From an uncultured delta proteobacterium (GTDB taxonomy: Bacteria > Desulfobacterota > Binatia > Bin18): DNA of 64,000 nucleotides. The stretch lies in assembly GCA_963733195.1 (NCBI GenBank), contig CAVTCR010000074.1, positions 64,001 to 128,000 of the forward strand. The letters run 5' to 3'. The notes under the pieces were generated by a model that saw nothing but the letters and a program-made list of their open reading frames with translations, had not been told where the DNA came from and ran no database searches. This document shows, in pieces, positions 10,477 through 19,416 of the stretch (position 1 is its first letter; each line of letters starts with the position of its first letter). Position numbers and translations under genes: made by a program.

Positions 10477-10823
10477 TGTCCGTGTCTTCCTGAGTATTCC
10501 GCGTCTTTCAGCGCGTCGTATTTGACCAACCGGCGGAGCTCCATCACAAACTGATGAGGGTCTGCGCCATAGAACCGATCATCAATCATCGCCGAAAGTT
10601 GTTGGAGAACCACAGTGGCGGACATCTGCTCTTCCAGTTCTTGGAGGGATGGGTCAGAAACCCCTTGCACCTCAACGTCAATAACACCCCAGGTTTGGAA
10701 TACGCTGATCACACGTTTATCTAGAATCGTCCCAGCATCGGCTAATTGTTGTCGATAGTCATTAAATACTGGTTTACTTAAAACCATTCCTGGCTTGAGG
10801 ATAGATGCTGTCACATGTCCCAT
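10473..10823 (-). CDS. Small hypothetical protein with LKPGMVL beta-domain typical of HD-GYP/HDOD partners
   Basis: MGHVTASILKPGMVLSKPVFND...AGTIL; ATGA overlap with the HDOD gene indicates translational coupling. Confidence 0.65.
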   Translation of the reverse strand: MGHVTASILKPGMVLSKPVFNDYRQQLADAGTILDKRVISVFQTWGVIDVEVQGVSDPSLQELEEQMSATVVLQQLSAMIDDRFYGADPHQFVMELRRLVKYDALKDAEYSGRHGQ

Positions 10824-11454
10824 GGCTGTGCTCGTTATAATAACTATCGGATGGACGCAGAGTTCCTGAAATGAGCACAGCAGCTTTGCGCTACTCCCAT
10901 CCGGAGAGGCGTAAGGCGTATATCTGACAAACTTTAGGTCTGTCAAATAGCGGAATGGGGGATAATCCTCTAGGTATTCCCCGGTGACACAGGGAAGATA
11001 TAGGGGAAGATCCCTAAGCTCCTGTTGAATCTCAGGTTTTTATTGGCACGATGGTAGGCCAGGAAAGGAAAATGAGCAAAGGTAACCTCACTACTAACGT
11101 GCAATCTTCTCTACAGAGAGGAAATAGCGGAACAGGGGATCTCCTATTGCCGATTCAACCGTCCATGGTAAGGCAGAGCGAAATGGCGTCTCTCGTACTA
11201 GGAAATCTGGCCTCTGGCAGCCTCGACAATGGTGCGACGCACACGGGTCGAGGTGGGCGAGCACCTCTCCCTGTCCATCGAAATGTTCGACTATTTATTC
11301 CTCGATTGCAGTCTTGGCAGCTTGACGTTGTTCCAGATTCCAAGCGCGTAAGAGCCAGATGTAAGTCGGTATGATGGCGGATGCCTGAACTCCATGAATG
11401 GAGACAGTGAAGGTCGATCCATGCTGCGACGAGGGGATTACGCGGAGGGAAAAG

Positions 11455-11535
11455 AAGGGAGCTGGGATAAATGGATAAGGGGGAAAACCTTCCCTCCCCC
11501 ATTTACCCACTTATCCTCTTTCCATTTATCCTAAC
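11455..11535. repeat. Imperfect purine/pyrimidine heptamer inverted repeat (GGATAAA / TTTATCC type)
   Basis: GGGATAAATGGATAAGGGG...CCCCATTTACCCACTTATCC...CATTTATCC downstream of the amidohydrolase; similar tracts at ~30235-30345 and ~36757-36785. Confidence 0.5.
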
Positions 11536-11543
11536 TTTAGCCG

Positions 11544-12818
11544 TTACGCCGCTTTCTGCGCGCGTGCCTTACTTGGCGTGAGTTGGCAGGTCACAAACTG
11601 TCCACCTTTCATGACCACATCGAGGTTGTTCCGGTCCTGTAATACCGTGATGTTCTTCGCCGGATTACCGTCAACTACGAGCAGGTCCGCGAGCTTCCCA
11701 GACTCGATCGTCCCCCCTTCGCTGCCTAGACCAAGTAACTCATAGCCATTCTTAGTTGCCCAGGTGATGACTTCCAGTGGCGATATGCCGGGGCCCTTCA
11801 CATAGGCTTCGAGCTCGCGGGTGTAGTCCCCATGCGGCATCGCACCAATACCGAAATCGTCACCGATGACAAATTTGACTCCGGCTTTTTGCGCTTTGGG
11901 GATGATATTGTAGGAATGCTCGAGCCCACGCTCCATCTCTTCGACTCCACCAAAACCGCTCTTGCCAGTGCGTCGCTTTTCTTCGACCATCATCCACGGA
12001 AAGTACAAGCTCGGGGTAACGAACGTGCCTTGTTTAACGAACCCTTCGATGCACTCGTCATCCATCATGTCGCCATGATCGATCACATCGATATCAGCCT
12101 TGAGCCCAGCCAGAATCCCTTTCTTTGAGATAATGTGACCGCGAATTTTCTTGCCGCGCTCGTGCGCTGCTTCCGCTGCGGCGTCCATTTCAGCTTGACT
12201 CATGGTCATCACATCTGCCGGCCACATAAGTCCATGTCCGCCGGTAGGATAGAGTTTAATAATCTCTACCCCAAGCTTAATTTCTTCGCGCACCGCTTTA
12301 CGAAAATCGTCTGGGCCATCACAAATGCGTGCGAGGCCGTCCATGTTCAGTTTCCAGAAGTTCGGATGGCAATCAACGGAATCCCCTGTGGTGACGAGGT
12401 CACGTCCGCAGGCAAGAAAATGCGGTCCGGGGATCATATTACTGTTGATCGCACGTTTGAGCGTCACATCAATATTGTGCATTGTCCCGGCACCGACGGC
12501 GCCAGTATAACCAGAACGCAGGAGTAACTCAGCATTCTTTGCGGCAATGAGTGTAAGGTATGTCGGTGGATGTTTCATGTCGATGTCGTTCATGCTGAAC
12601 ACGTTGTCGTACGCAACATGATAGTGACACATGACCATACCGGGCATGAGTGACTTGCCACCGAGATCATAGACAACATCTTGCGCCGTTGGCTTTGGGA
12701 TGTTGCCATTGGTCCCTACGGCTTTGATACGCTCTCCTTCGACCACGACTGTAGTATTGGGTTGTGGTTTATTGACGCCATCGATGAGATTTGCCCCTCG
12801 GAAGAATACACGTCCCAT
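11544..12818 (-). CDS. Amidohydrolase family protein (prolidase/Xaa-Pro dipeptidase-like)
   Basis: DLGGKSLMPG..CHYH, IIKLY, RGH, IDHG, GDD, GTIESGKLADLLVVDGNP; GGAGG RBS. Confidence 0.88.
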   Translation of the reverse strand: MGRVFFRGANLIDGVNKPQPNTTVVVEGERIKAVGTNGNIPKPTAQDVVYDLGGKSLMPGMVMCHYHVAYDNVFSMNDIDMKHPPTYLTLIAAKNAELLLRSGYTGAVGAGTMHNIDVTLKRAINSNMIPGPHFLACGRDLVTTGDSVDCHPNFWKLNMDGLARICDGPDDFRKAVREEIKLGVEIIKLYPTGGHGLMWPADVMTMSQAEMDAAAEAAHERGKKIRGHIISKKGILAGLKADIDVIDHGDMMDDECIEGFVKQGTFVTPSLYFPWMMVEEKRRTGKSGFGGVEEMERGLEHSYNIIPKAQKAGVKFVIGDDFGIGAMPHGDYTRELEAYVKGPGISPLEVITWATKNGYELLGLGSEGGTIESGKLADLLVVDGNPAKNITVLQDRNNLDVVMKGGQFVTCQLTPSKARAQKAA

Positions 12819-12995
12819 TAGGAAATCCTCCTTATCGCAGTATCGTTACAAGTGACCTCCGCGGCCAGTAAAATTCCTTATCTGCTTCAGGGTTCGGATT
12901 GTCAAGAGAACGCAGTTATCAGTCGTGGAGTGTGGTCTGCATTAAATCTCTCCCCTGGCCGTGATTCGCAGGCATTGGTAATGTAAGAGCATCCA

Positions 12996-13797
12996 ATGCC
13001 TGTGGAAAAGCTCTTCACTGCTCTGGTCCTTGCAGGTCGCCGCGGTCCGACTGATCCAGTTGCCCAGGCTGCAGGGTGTAGTCACAAAGCGCTTGTGCCG
13101 ATTGCGGGTATCCCAATGCTCGTGCGAGTGTTGCGTGAGCTGCGAGCAGTCCCGCACGTCAAACAGATCGCTGTGAGTATCGACGATCCGGCAATTCTCG
13201 ACGGAGTCGGAGAGCTTCGATCGTTAGTTGAAAGTGGTGCGATTCACGTATATCCCAGTGGCCCGTCGCCGGCAGCAAGTGTTTTGGCTTATTTTCAGTC
13301 TCTCACAGCGGGGGAGCCGTTACTGGTAACCACAGCGGACCACCCGCTCTTGACGACAGAGATGCTTACCTACTTTTGTACGGCAGTGGCCGAGAATGAT
13401 GCTGATATCATGGCTGGAGTGATGGCGGCTTCAGTATTTCGTGTACGCTATCCGCACTCGAAACGCAGCTTCATTCCTCTACGAGAGGAAAGCTTCTGCG
13501 GCACCAATCTCTTTGCCCTGTGTACTCCACAGGCGGCAGCCGCGGCGCAATTCTGGGGGTATGCGGGACAGTTTCGCAAACGTCCGTGGCGACTGATCAG
13601 TACCTTTGGTTTGATAAACCTGCTGTTACTCGCACTCAAGCGACTTGATCTGAAAGCTGCGATTCCTCGGGCGTCTCGTGTTCTCGGCGCGCGAGTCGCT
13701 GTGGTACAGATGCCCTTCCCGGAAGTGTGCGATTGATGTCGATAATGTGGAGGATTTCGCGACTGCAACGCGTATTCTTAACGGACGTGAGAAGTGA
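12996..13797 (+). CDS. MobA/IspD-like nucleotidyltransferase, CpgD-like (putative CDP-head-group synthase); +1 frameshift near 13725
   Basis: ALVLAGRRG..DP......KAL, TTADHPLL, GTNLF, RKRPWRL. Removing one base restores the C-terminal AIDVD motif and a stop at 13797. Lies in the sphingolipid cluster. Confidence 0.75.
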
Positions 13798-13801
13798 GAC
13801 G

Positions 13802-14041
13802 ATGGAATCAATTCCTTGGCATTGCCAGGTCTGTGGGTATGATTTTGAAACCTCGCGTGGCGGACTATGCCGACGATGTCAGAAACCTGCCTGTAGGAGT
13901 TGTCTCCATTCTGGAGAAGTAAAAACCCAATCTCGTGAGGAAACTGGCTTTCTGTGGGTATGTACGCAATGCCTGACAGATGAGGAAAAGAAACAGCTTC
14001 CGCTATGGTCAAAACTCTTCCGTTGGCGGCCAAGACGTTGA
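13802..14041 (+). CDS. Small 8-cysteine zinc-finger protein
   Basis: CQVC-x10-CRRC-x3-CRSC-...-CTQC; starts 5 nt after the repaired upstream stop. Confidence 0.6.
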   Translation: MESIPWHCQVCGYDFETSRGGLCRRCQKPACRSCLHSGEVKTQSREETGFLWVCTQCLTDEEKKQLPLWSKLFRWRPRR

Positions 14042-14058
14042 TAGAGTAGCGAAGCTGT

Positions 14059-15015
14059 TCAGCGAAAAATTCCATCTGCTTGTAGTGTTCGTTCTTTTTT
14101 ATTGACGAAGCAATGAGTCGTCGAATCATACGCCCGGACTGCCATACGGATGTCAAAGCGAGGAGCCCGCGGCTCACTGTTACTTCGTTCAATACGATAC
14201 AGATGGTACCGTGCGCGTTTCTTTGGCTGACTGCCGATGGCTGATGCGGAACGCACACCAACGACGGGAATCGGTCCTTTCGGTCCGGGTATGCTCCTGA
14301 GCACGGTCCTATGTAAGTGGCCGTGCAAGACAAGTTCTGCTCCGGTCTTGCGTAACACTTCACAGAAGGCTGCCGTGTCAGTCAAACGGCGACGAGCTCC
14401 AACGTCCTCGTCCGGAGGATGGTGGATGAGCACGACGCGGCAAAGATTGGTCGCAGCAAACTGTTGTAACAACCGTTCGAGCCTTTCCAATTGTTGAGGG
14501 CCGACCGAACCATTGGCTGCAAGCCACGAAGCCGGAGGAAAGGCTGTATTGACCCCGATTAGCACAATCGGTTCACGAACACGCACTGTAGGAAAGACAA
14601 CACCTTCGTGGGGAGTGCCATTCGCGCGCTGTGCTTCATCCGATTGTAGATACGCTTCCCAGTGCTTCCACGAGCGTGCGTAGGGCATTGGAATATATGC
14701 ATCGTGATTGCCGGGAATGATAAACACATTCTTTGCTGACCCGAGTTGTTGGAGCCACGACACTGCGGCGAGAAATTCTTCTTCAAGGCTAATGTTGGCC
14801 AGATCCCCGGTGACGACGACAGCATCATGCGGCTGTTGGTGCAAGTCGGCGATGAGCGTCTGCAAGACCTCCGGACGATACTCTTTCTGTCGCCGCAAGA
14901 TCCATGATAACCAACCAAGGATCCGCTTATTCAGTAAGACGAGAGGATTCGTCACACGGACAGGAGTAGTATGAAGATCAGAGAGGTGGGCGAGTGTATA
15001 CACGTCGTGAGCCAT
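14059..15015 (-). CDS. Calcineurin-like metallophosphoesterase (Icc/CpdA-like)
   Basis: DLH, GD, GNHD, HHPP, GHLH motifs. Confidence 0.9.
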   Translation of the reverse strand: MAHDVYTLAHLSDLHTTPVRVTNPLVLLNKRILGWLSWILRRQKEYRPEVLQTLIADLHQQPHDAVVVTGDLANISLEEEFLAAVSWLQQLGSAKNVFIIPGNHDAYIPMPYARSWKHWEAYLQSDEAQRANGTPHEGVVFPTVRVREPIVLIGVNTAFPPASWLAANGSVGPQQLERLERLLQQFAATNLCRVVLIHHPPDEDVGARRRLTDTAAFCEVLRKTGAELVLHGHLHRTVLRSIPGPKGPIPVVGVRSASAIGSQPKKRARYHLYRIERSNSEPRAPRFDIRMAVRAYDSTTHCFVNKKERTLQADGIFR

Positions 15016-15093
15016 GAGAATGTGTCAGCCTATACCATGTTCCCTCCTTATGATAATACCGTTTCTCTACAGAAAGGGAGAATAGCGAAACTG

Positions 15094-16365
15094 ATGGCGA
15101 AGGAAACGAGGCAAGCGTGGATTGTTACCGAGCCGCAGCAATCTGATATTCGTGTCTGGGGCATTGCGCCGGCAGAACGGTTACGGCGAGCTTTGGATGC
15201 CGTTGGTGTCGCCAGCGAGCGCATCGATAGTGATCCCTCTGTTGATCTCCCATGTGTGACAGGTTCCCTTCTTCTCTTCCGGTCGGATTATGTGTTCGAT
15301 GAACGACTGATTCGGGCGTTGGTAGAATCAGTGGACATAGTGTTAGTCTCTCCATCTTCAGTATTTGATAGTGGAAGAGTGGTTGCGGCGCACGTGACGG
15401 CGTCTCATGCGACTGAGGCCCGGGATCTCTTGAGTGGACGATCTGTATCAAGAGAGTACCGTTCCGCTACCGAGCTGCACGTAGTTACTCCAACAGATTT
15501 GGTTCCTGCGTATACTGCAGCCTTACGCAAAACTGATCCGCCTTATCTTTTTGCTGTACAGCCGGAAAACCTCGCGGAGATCGAGGCGCGGATTTTCGCT
15601 GCGTCGTATAAGGGTATTACTGACCTAGTGACTAAATGGGTATGGCCGCGCCCTGCACGAATTGTGACACGTTGGTGCACGAATGCAGGTGTCACTCCTA
15701 ACATGATTACCTTTCTGAGTTGGGTGTTGGTCGTGCTGGTGACTTGGCTGTTTCTGCGCGGAGACTTTGGCCTGGGGCTCGTCTTTGCCTGGCTCATGAC
15801 TTTTCTCGATACAGTGGATGGGAAGCTCGCTCGGGTGACGCTAAACTCAAGTCGTATTGGTCATGTGCTTGACCACGGACTCGATATTCTTCATCCGCCC
15901 TTCTGGTATCTCGCCTGGTCAATGGGATTGCTCTTGGCCCCAGATGGTGGGAGTTTGAGCGCTAATAGTGACGTTGTTTCCTGGCTCAGACCTGCGGGAA
16001 TGATCACTGTAGTTGGCTATATCGTGGGTCGGTTGATTGAAGGACTCTTCATGCTCTTATTCAAAATGGAGATTCACTGTTGGCAGCCGATTGACGCATT
16101 TTTTCGTACGATTACTGCCCGTCGTAATCCAAACTTATTGTTACTCTCTGCTGCAACCCTTGTCGGTCGACCCGATATTGGGTTAGTACTGGTGGCTCTG
16201 TGGACGCTCTTTTCTATTGGGTTTCATACCGTGCGGGTGTGTCAAGCATCGGTCCATCGCCTCCGTGGTCAGTCGATTACGGTGTGGCAGGATGTGACGG
16301 CACGGCGAGACTCAAGCAACGAAACTGGGAGTGATCTCGAACGCCAGTGGGAGAGCGTGGCGTGA
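15094..16365 (+). CDS. CDP-alcohol phosphatidyltransferase with N-terminal soluble domain, CpgA-like
   Basis: YKGITDLVTKWVWP, TPNMIT, DTVDGKLAR...G..LDHGLD (CDP-AP signature), ARRNPN, several TM helices. Confidence 0.85.
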   Translation: MAKETRQAWIVTEPQQSDIRVWGIAPAERLRRALDAVGVASERIDSDPSVDLPCVTGSLLLFRSDYVFDERLIRALVESVDIVLVSPSSVFDSGRVVAAHVTASHATEARDLLSGRSVSREYRSATELHVVTPTDLVPAYTAALRKTDPPYLFAVQPENLAEIEARIFAASYKGITDLVTKWVWPRPARIVTRWCTNAGVTPNMITFLSWVLVVLVTWLFLRGDFGLGLVFAWLMTFLDTVDGKLARVTLNSSRIGHVLDHGLDILHPPFWYLAWSMGLLLAPDGGSLSANSDVVSWLRPAGMITVVGYIVGRLIEGLFMLLFKMEIHCWQPIDAFFRTITARRNPNLLLLSAATLVGRPDIGLVLVALWTLFSIGFHTVRVCQASVHRLRGQSITVWQDVTARRDSSNETGSDLERQWESVA

Positions 16366-17477
16366 GTGGTGGCAGTTTGTTGCGTGGGCGTCGGGCGAAA
16401 CCTCAGCGATTCTTGTCACCCTTTTTTGCGCTCTGTTTGCTGACGGTGCCTATTGTCAGCATTGCAGCGGAGTCGCGTGGCGACCCAGCTGCACATATCC
16501 TTCCCGGTGAGTTTGCTTCGGAGCACTGGGAGTTTACCGCCCGTTTCGATTCTGGCCACTTGCTGTTTGTTGAGTTCATTCTTACCAATATCGGCCTCGG
16601 CGATCGCAATGCAGCGGTGTTTGGCCATATCATCCCTCCAGGTGGGAAGCCGCATCGCTTTAGCAATGGTCGCACAGAAAGACACTGGACGTTGTCGCCC
16701 GATCGCTTACGGATGGAAGTGGGCACGAGTCTTCTCGATATGCACACGCCAACCTACAAGATGCAAGTGACTAAACGTAGGGTGCGTCTGGAATTGCAGA
16801 TTACTCCTGATGCGCGCCCATTGTGGTCGGGTACACTCGCGCCTCCAGGATATGCGCTTGACCTGTTAGCCGTTGCCGCGCCAATTGAGGGAACATTGTG
16901 GCTCAAAGGAATGACGAACCCAGCTCACGTTCGTGGGATTGTCGCAGCGACGCATAGTTGGACCAATGTCGCTGGTGCTGCATTGGTTTTGCGCAGAGTA
17001 GAGTTTTTCTCGCTGCAAAGAGAGACCCCCCTATATGGACTTGACCTGACCGCGCCTGATGGAACGCGGCGACGATGGATCGTCGTAAAGCAGTCGGATC
17101 GAGCTGATTATGTATCTGAGCATTTTGACCTCTCGTTCAACGGAGAATTGAAGGGGCGTAGTGAACGTGGATATACAGTGCCGAATGCATTGCAACTAAA
17201 AAATGCAGAGCTAGAAGGGCTAGTACGATTGGAGGCGCGGATTTTACAAGCTGATCCCTTTGTCGATCTTCCCCGACCGTTCCGTTACTTTGTCTCGCTT
17301 GTCCTTGACCTCCGCCCGCGACGCATCTGGGCGCAATCACAGTTTGAGATTTCTTGGCCGCTGTCCATGGACTCTGACCCAATACAGAGGCGTGGGTCCG
17401 GGATTACGGCTGTGACGTTCCTGAATCCACTTCCCTCTGTGATGGCAAGCGCTTATCGGGTTACGGCTCCGAGGTGA
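16362..17477 (+). CDS. Secreted beta-rich hypothetical protein, possible AttH/Svf1-like double lipocalin
   Basis: GTGA overlap with the upstream gene; signal peptide ending VSIA-AE; E.WEF...FDSG..LFV...TN.G start of the mature region; alternating beta-strand pattern. Confidence 0.6.
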   Translation: MSGGSLLRGRRAKPQRFLSPFFALCLLTVPIVSIAAESRGDPAAHILPGEFASEHWEFTARFDSGHLLFVEFILTNIGLGDRNAAVFGHIIPPGGKPHRFSNGRTERHWTLSPDRLRMEVGTSLLDMHTPTYKMQVTKRRVRLELQITPDARPLWSGTLAPPGYALDLLAVAAPIEGTLWLKGMTNPAHVRGIVAATHSWTNVAGAALVLRRVEFFSLQRETPLYGLDLTAPDGTRRRWIVVKQSDRADYVSEHFDLSFNGELKGRSERGYTVPNALQLKNAELEGLVRLEARILQADPFVDLPRPFRYFVSLVLDLRPRRIWAQSQFEISWPLSMDSDPIQRRGSGITAVTFLNPLPSVMASAYRVTAPR

Positions 17478-18440
17478 GTGGTGCGCATCGGTGTATTGAA
17501 CAACCTGCGTGCGGGTCGTAACCCGCGCCGAGTTGCACGGATGTTGTCGTTTCTCCGCGATTGTCCGGAGATTCCCCATGTGGAAACCGAAACCGGTGAG
17601 CACGTACAGGAGGCGCTCGTCACATTAGCGAAGCAAGATGTCGACATCCTGGCCGTCAACGGCGGTGATGGGACTATACAACGAGTCCTTACTGAACTCA
17701 TGGGAAACAAGATGTTTGAGCGAGTGCCATCAATCGTGCCGCTCCGTGGTGGTCGTACCAACATGATCGCACTGGACATCGGCAGTCAACGGAACCCAGT
17801 CGCTGCATTGGCTATTCTTCGTGATATCACTCGCACTAACAGTTCTCTCAATGGCAGAATGGTTGAGCGCTCGGTGCTGCGTATGGATCTTGAGCCAGAC
17901 GGTGTAACGCAATACGGCATGTCGTTCAGCGTTGGTCTGCTGCCACGTGCAATCGAGCTGACGCATCGTATGTTTCCAGAGGGGCGAGCGCAGGGAGTAC
18001 TCGGTTCAGGGATTGTTGCTGGGGGGTTGGTTCTGCGTGCTGCGTTTGGGAGGTTAGATGGTATTCTGCAACCGGACCCGATGGAAATCGCGCTCGACGG
18101 GTGCCTTCTGCCAGCGAAGGAATTCTTGGTGATGTTAGTCACCACCCTTGACCGGTTCTTTTTGCGGCTTCGTCCGTTTTGGGGACGTGAAGCTGCGCCC
18201 ATTCGTTTTATGGCGGTTGCGGCTGGAGCTGTACGACCGCCGCTAGCACTCCTCAAGATCCTCTATGGCCGCCCACCAGCGTGGATCACTCCAGAGGTTG
18301 GATATACGAGCCATAACGTCGAGCACATCGAACTGCGTGTCGATTGTGGCTTAGTAATGGACGGAGAGATGTTCGCTCCACGACCGGGCAGGAGAGTTAG
18401 GCTGTCGGCAGAACAGTGCCTGCAGTTTGTCCGCACATGA
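17478..18440 (+). CDS. Diacylglycerol-kinase-family lipid kinase, putative ceramide kinase (CpgB-like)
   Basis: NNLRAG, NGGDGT, PLRGGRTNMIALD, MDGE; adjacent to the spt cluster. Confidence 0.82.
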   Translation: MVRIGVLNNLRAGRNPRRVARMLSFLRDCPEIPHVETETGEHVQEALVTLAKQDVDILAVNGGDGTIQRVLTELMGNKMFERVPSIVPLRGGRTNMIALDIGSQRNPVAALAILRDITRTNSSLNGRMVERSVLRMDLEPDGVTQYGMSFSVGLLPRAIELTHRMFPEGRAQGVLGSGIVAGGLVLRAAFGRLDGILQPDPMEIALDGCLLPAKEFLVMLVTTLDRFFLRLRPFWGREAAPIRFMAVAAGAVRPPLALLKILYGRPPAWITPEVGYTSHNVEHIELRVDCGLVMDGEMFAPRPGRRVRLSAEQCLQFVRT

Positions 18441-18444
18441 AATT

Positions 18445-19416
18445 ATGGATACTGATCACGTGTCGCTTAAACAGATGGTGACTGAGGAGTTGGTGCAATC
18501 GGCGCCTGCCGAAGTGGACGTGTTTGTCGAAGCCATACGGCAACGCTTCGGCACCGCAGTTGCAGCGATTCTCTTCTACGGTTCCTGCTTGCGTAAACGT
18601 ACCCTGGCAAGTGAAGTGGCCGACTTTTATGTCATTGTCGATTCGTATGAGACTGCCTATCCTTCTGCGTTCTTACGATCGCTGAATACACTCCTTCCTC
18701 CGAATGTGTTTTACCTGGAAAGAACACGTGGAGATCTTACACTCCGGGCGAAGTATGCGGTCATCTCGACAAAGGATTTTGCTTATGCTGCGTCACCGCG
18801 GTGCCTCCACTCGATCGTGTGGGGACGCTTCTGCCAACCTGCGCGACTGGTGTATAGCCGTGACGACGCTGCTCGGGATGTGGTTGTTGAAGCAGTGCGA
18901 CAGTCAGTGTTGACAATGGTTTCCCGGATTGCGCCGTTATTGCCAACGTCGGATGAAACCGGGCCGATTGCCTTGGAGGAGCTGTGGCAACGTGGGTTTC
19001 GCGAGAGCTACAGTATGGAGTTGCGACCCGAGATGCCTGGTACTATTCGTGCACTCTACGAGATCATGCCGTCGCGTTATCATCGCATAGCACATGTAGC
19101 ATTACAGGAACTTGCTCAGTATGGTTGGCTCTGGGTGCGGACCAGCGCGTCAGGCGGGTATGTGACCATCCCAAAGGTGCAACTGTGGCAAATTCGCACG
19201 AGTTGGCGATGGCGGCGTCCCCTTGCCAAGGGGTTGTATCTTCTGCGTCTGATCAAATCGGCAGTCACATTTGGTGACTGGTTTCCGTACGTATTATGGA
19301 AAATCGGTCGTCATCGCGGAGAAAAACTTGAAGCTAGCGAGCGCCAACGCCGTCATCCGTTTCTCTTTGGGGTTCCGGTGTTGCTCAAAATTTGGTTGGG
19401 GGGCGGTCTAAGATAA
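18445..19416 (+). CDS. CpgC-like protein with Tam41/Mmp37-type nucleotidyltransferase motifs
   Basis: AILFYGS, DFYVIVD, PPNVFY, KYAVIS, WGRFCQP, SY..ELR.E; sits directly after the kinase as in the Caulobacter cpg locus. Confidence 0.7.
   Translation: MDTDHVSLKQMVTEELVQSAPAEVDVFVEAIRQRFGTAVAAILFYGSCLRKRTLASEVADFYVIVDSYETAYPSAFLRSLNTLLPPNVFYLERTRGDLTLRAKYAVISTKDFAYAASPRCLHSIVWGRFCQPARLVYSRDDAARDVVVEAVRQSVLTMVSRIAPLLPTSDETGPIALEELWQRGFRESYSMELRPEMPGTIRALYEIMPSRYHRIAHVALQELAQYGWLWVRTSASGGYVTIPKVQLWQIRTSWRWRRPLAKGLYLLRLIKSAVTFGDWFPYVLWKIGRHRGEKLEASERQRRHPFLFGVPVLLKIWLGGGLR

Noticed and set aside
11043-11060. Sigma54 promoter at TGGCACG
   Set aside because: No TTGC -12 element at the required spacing.
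11051-11510. ORFs of 71-115 aa in the long intergenic region
   Set aside because: Mutually overlapping, no recognisable motifs, and partly made of low-complexity repeats.
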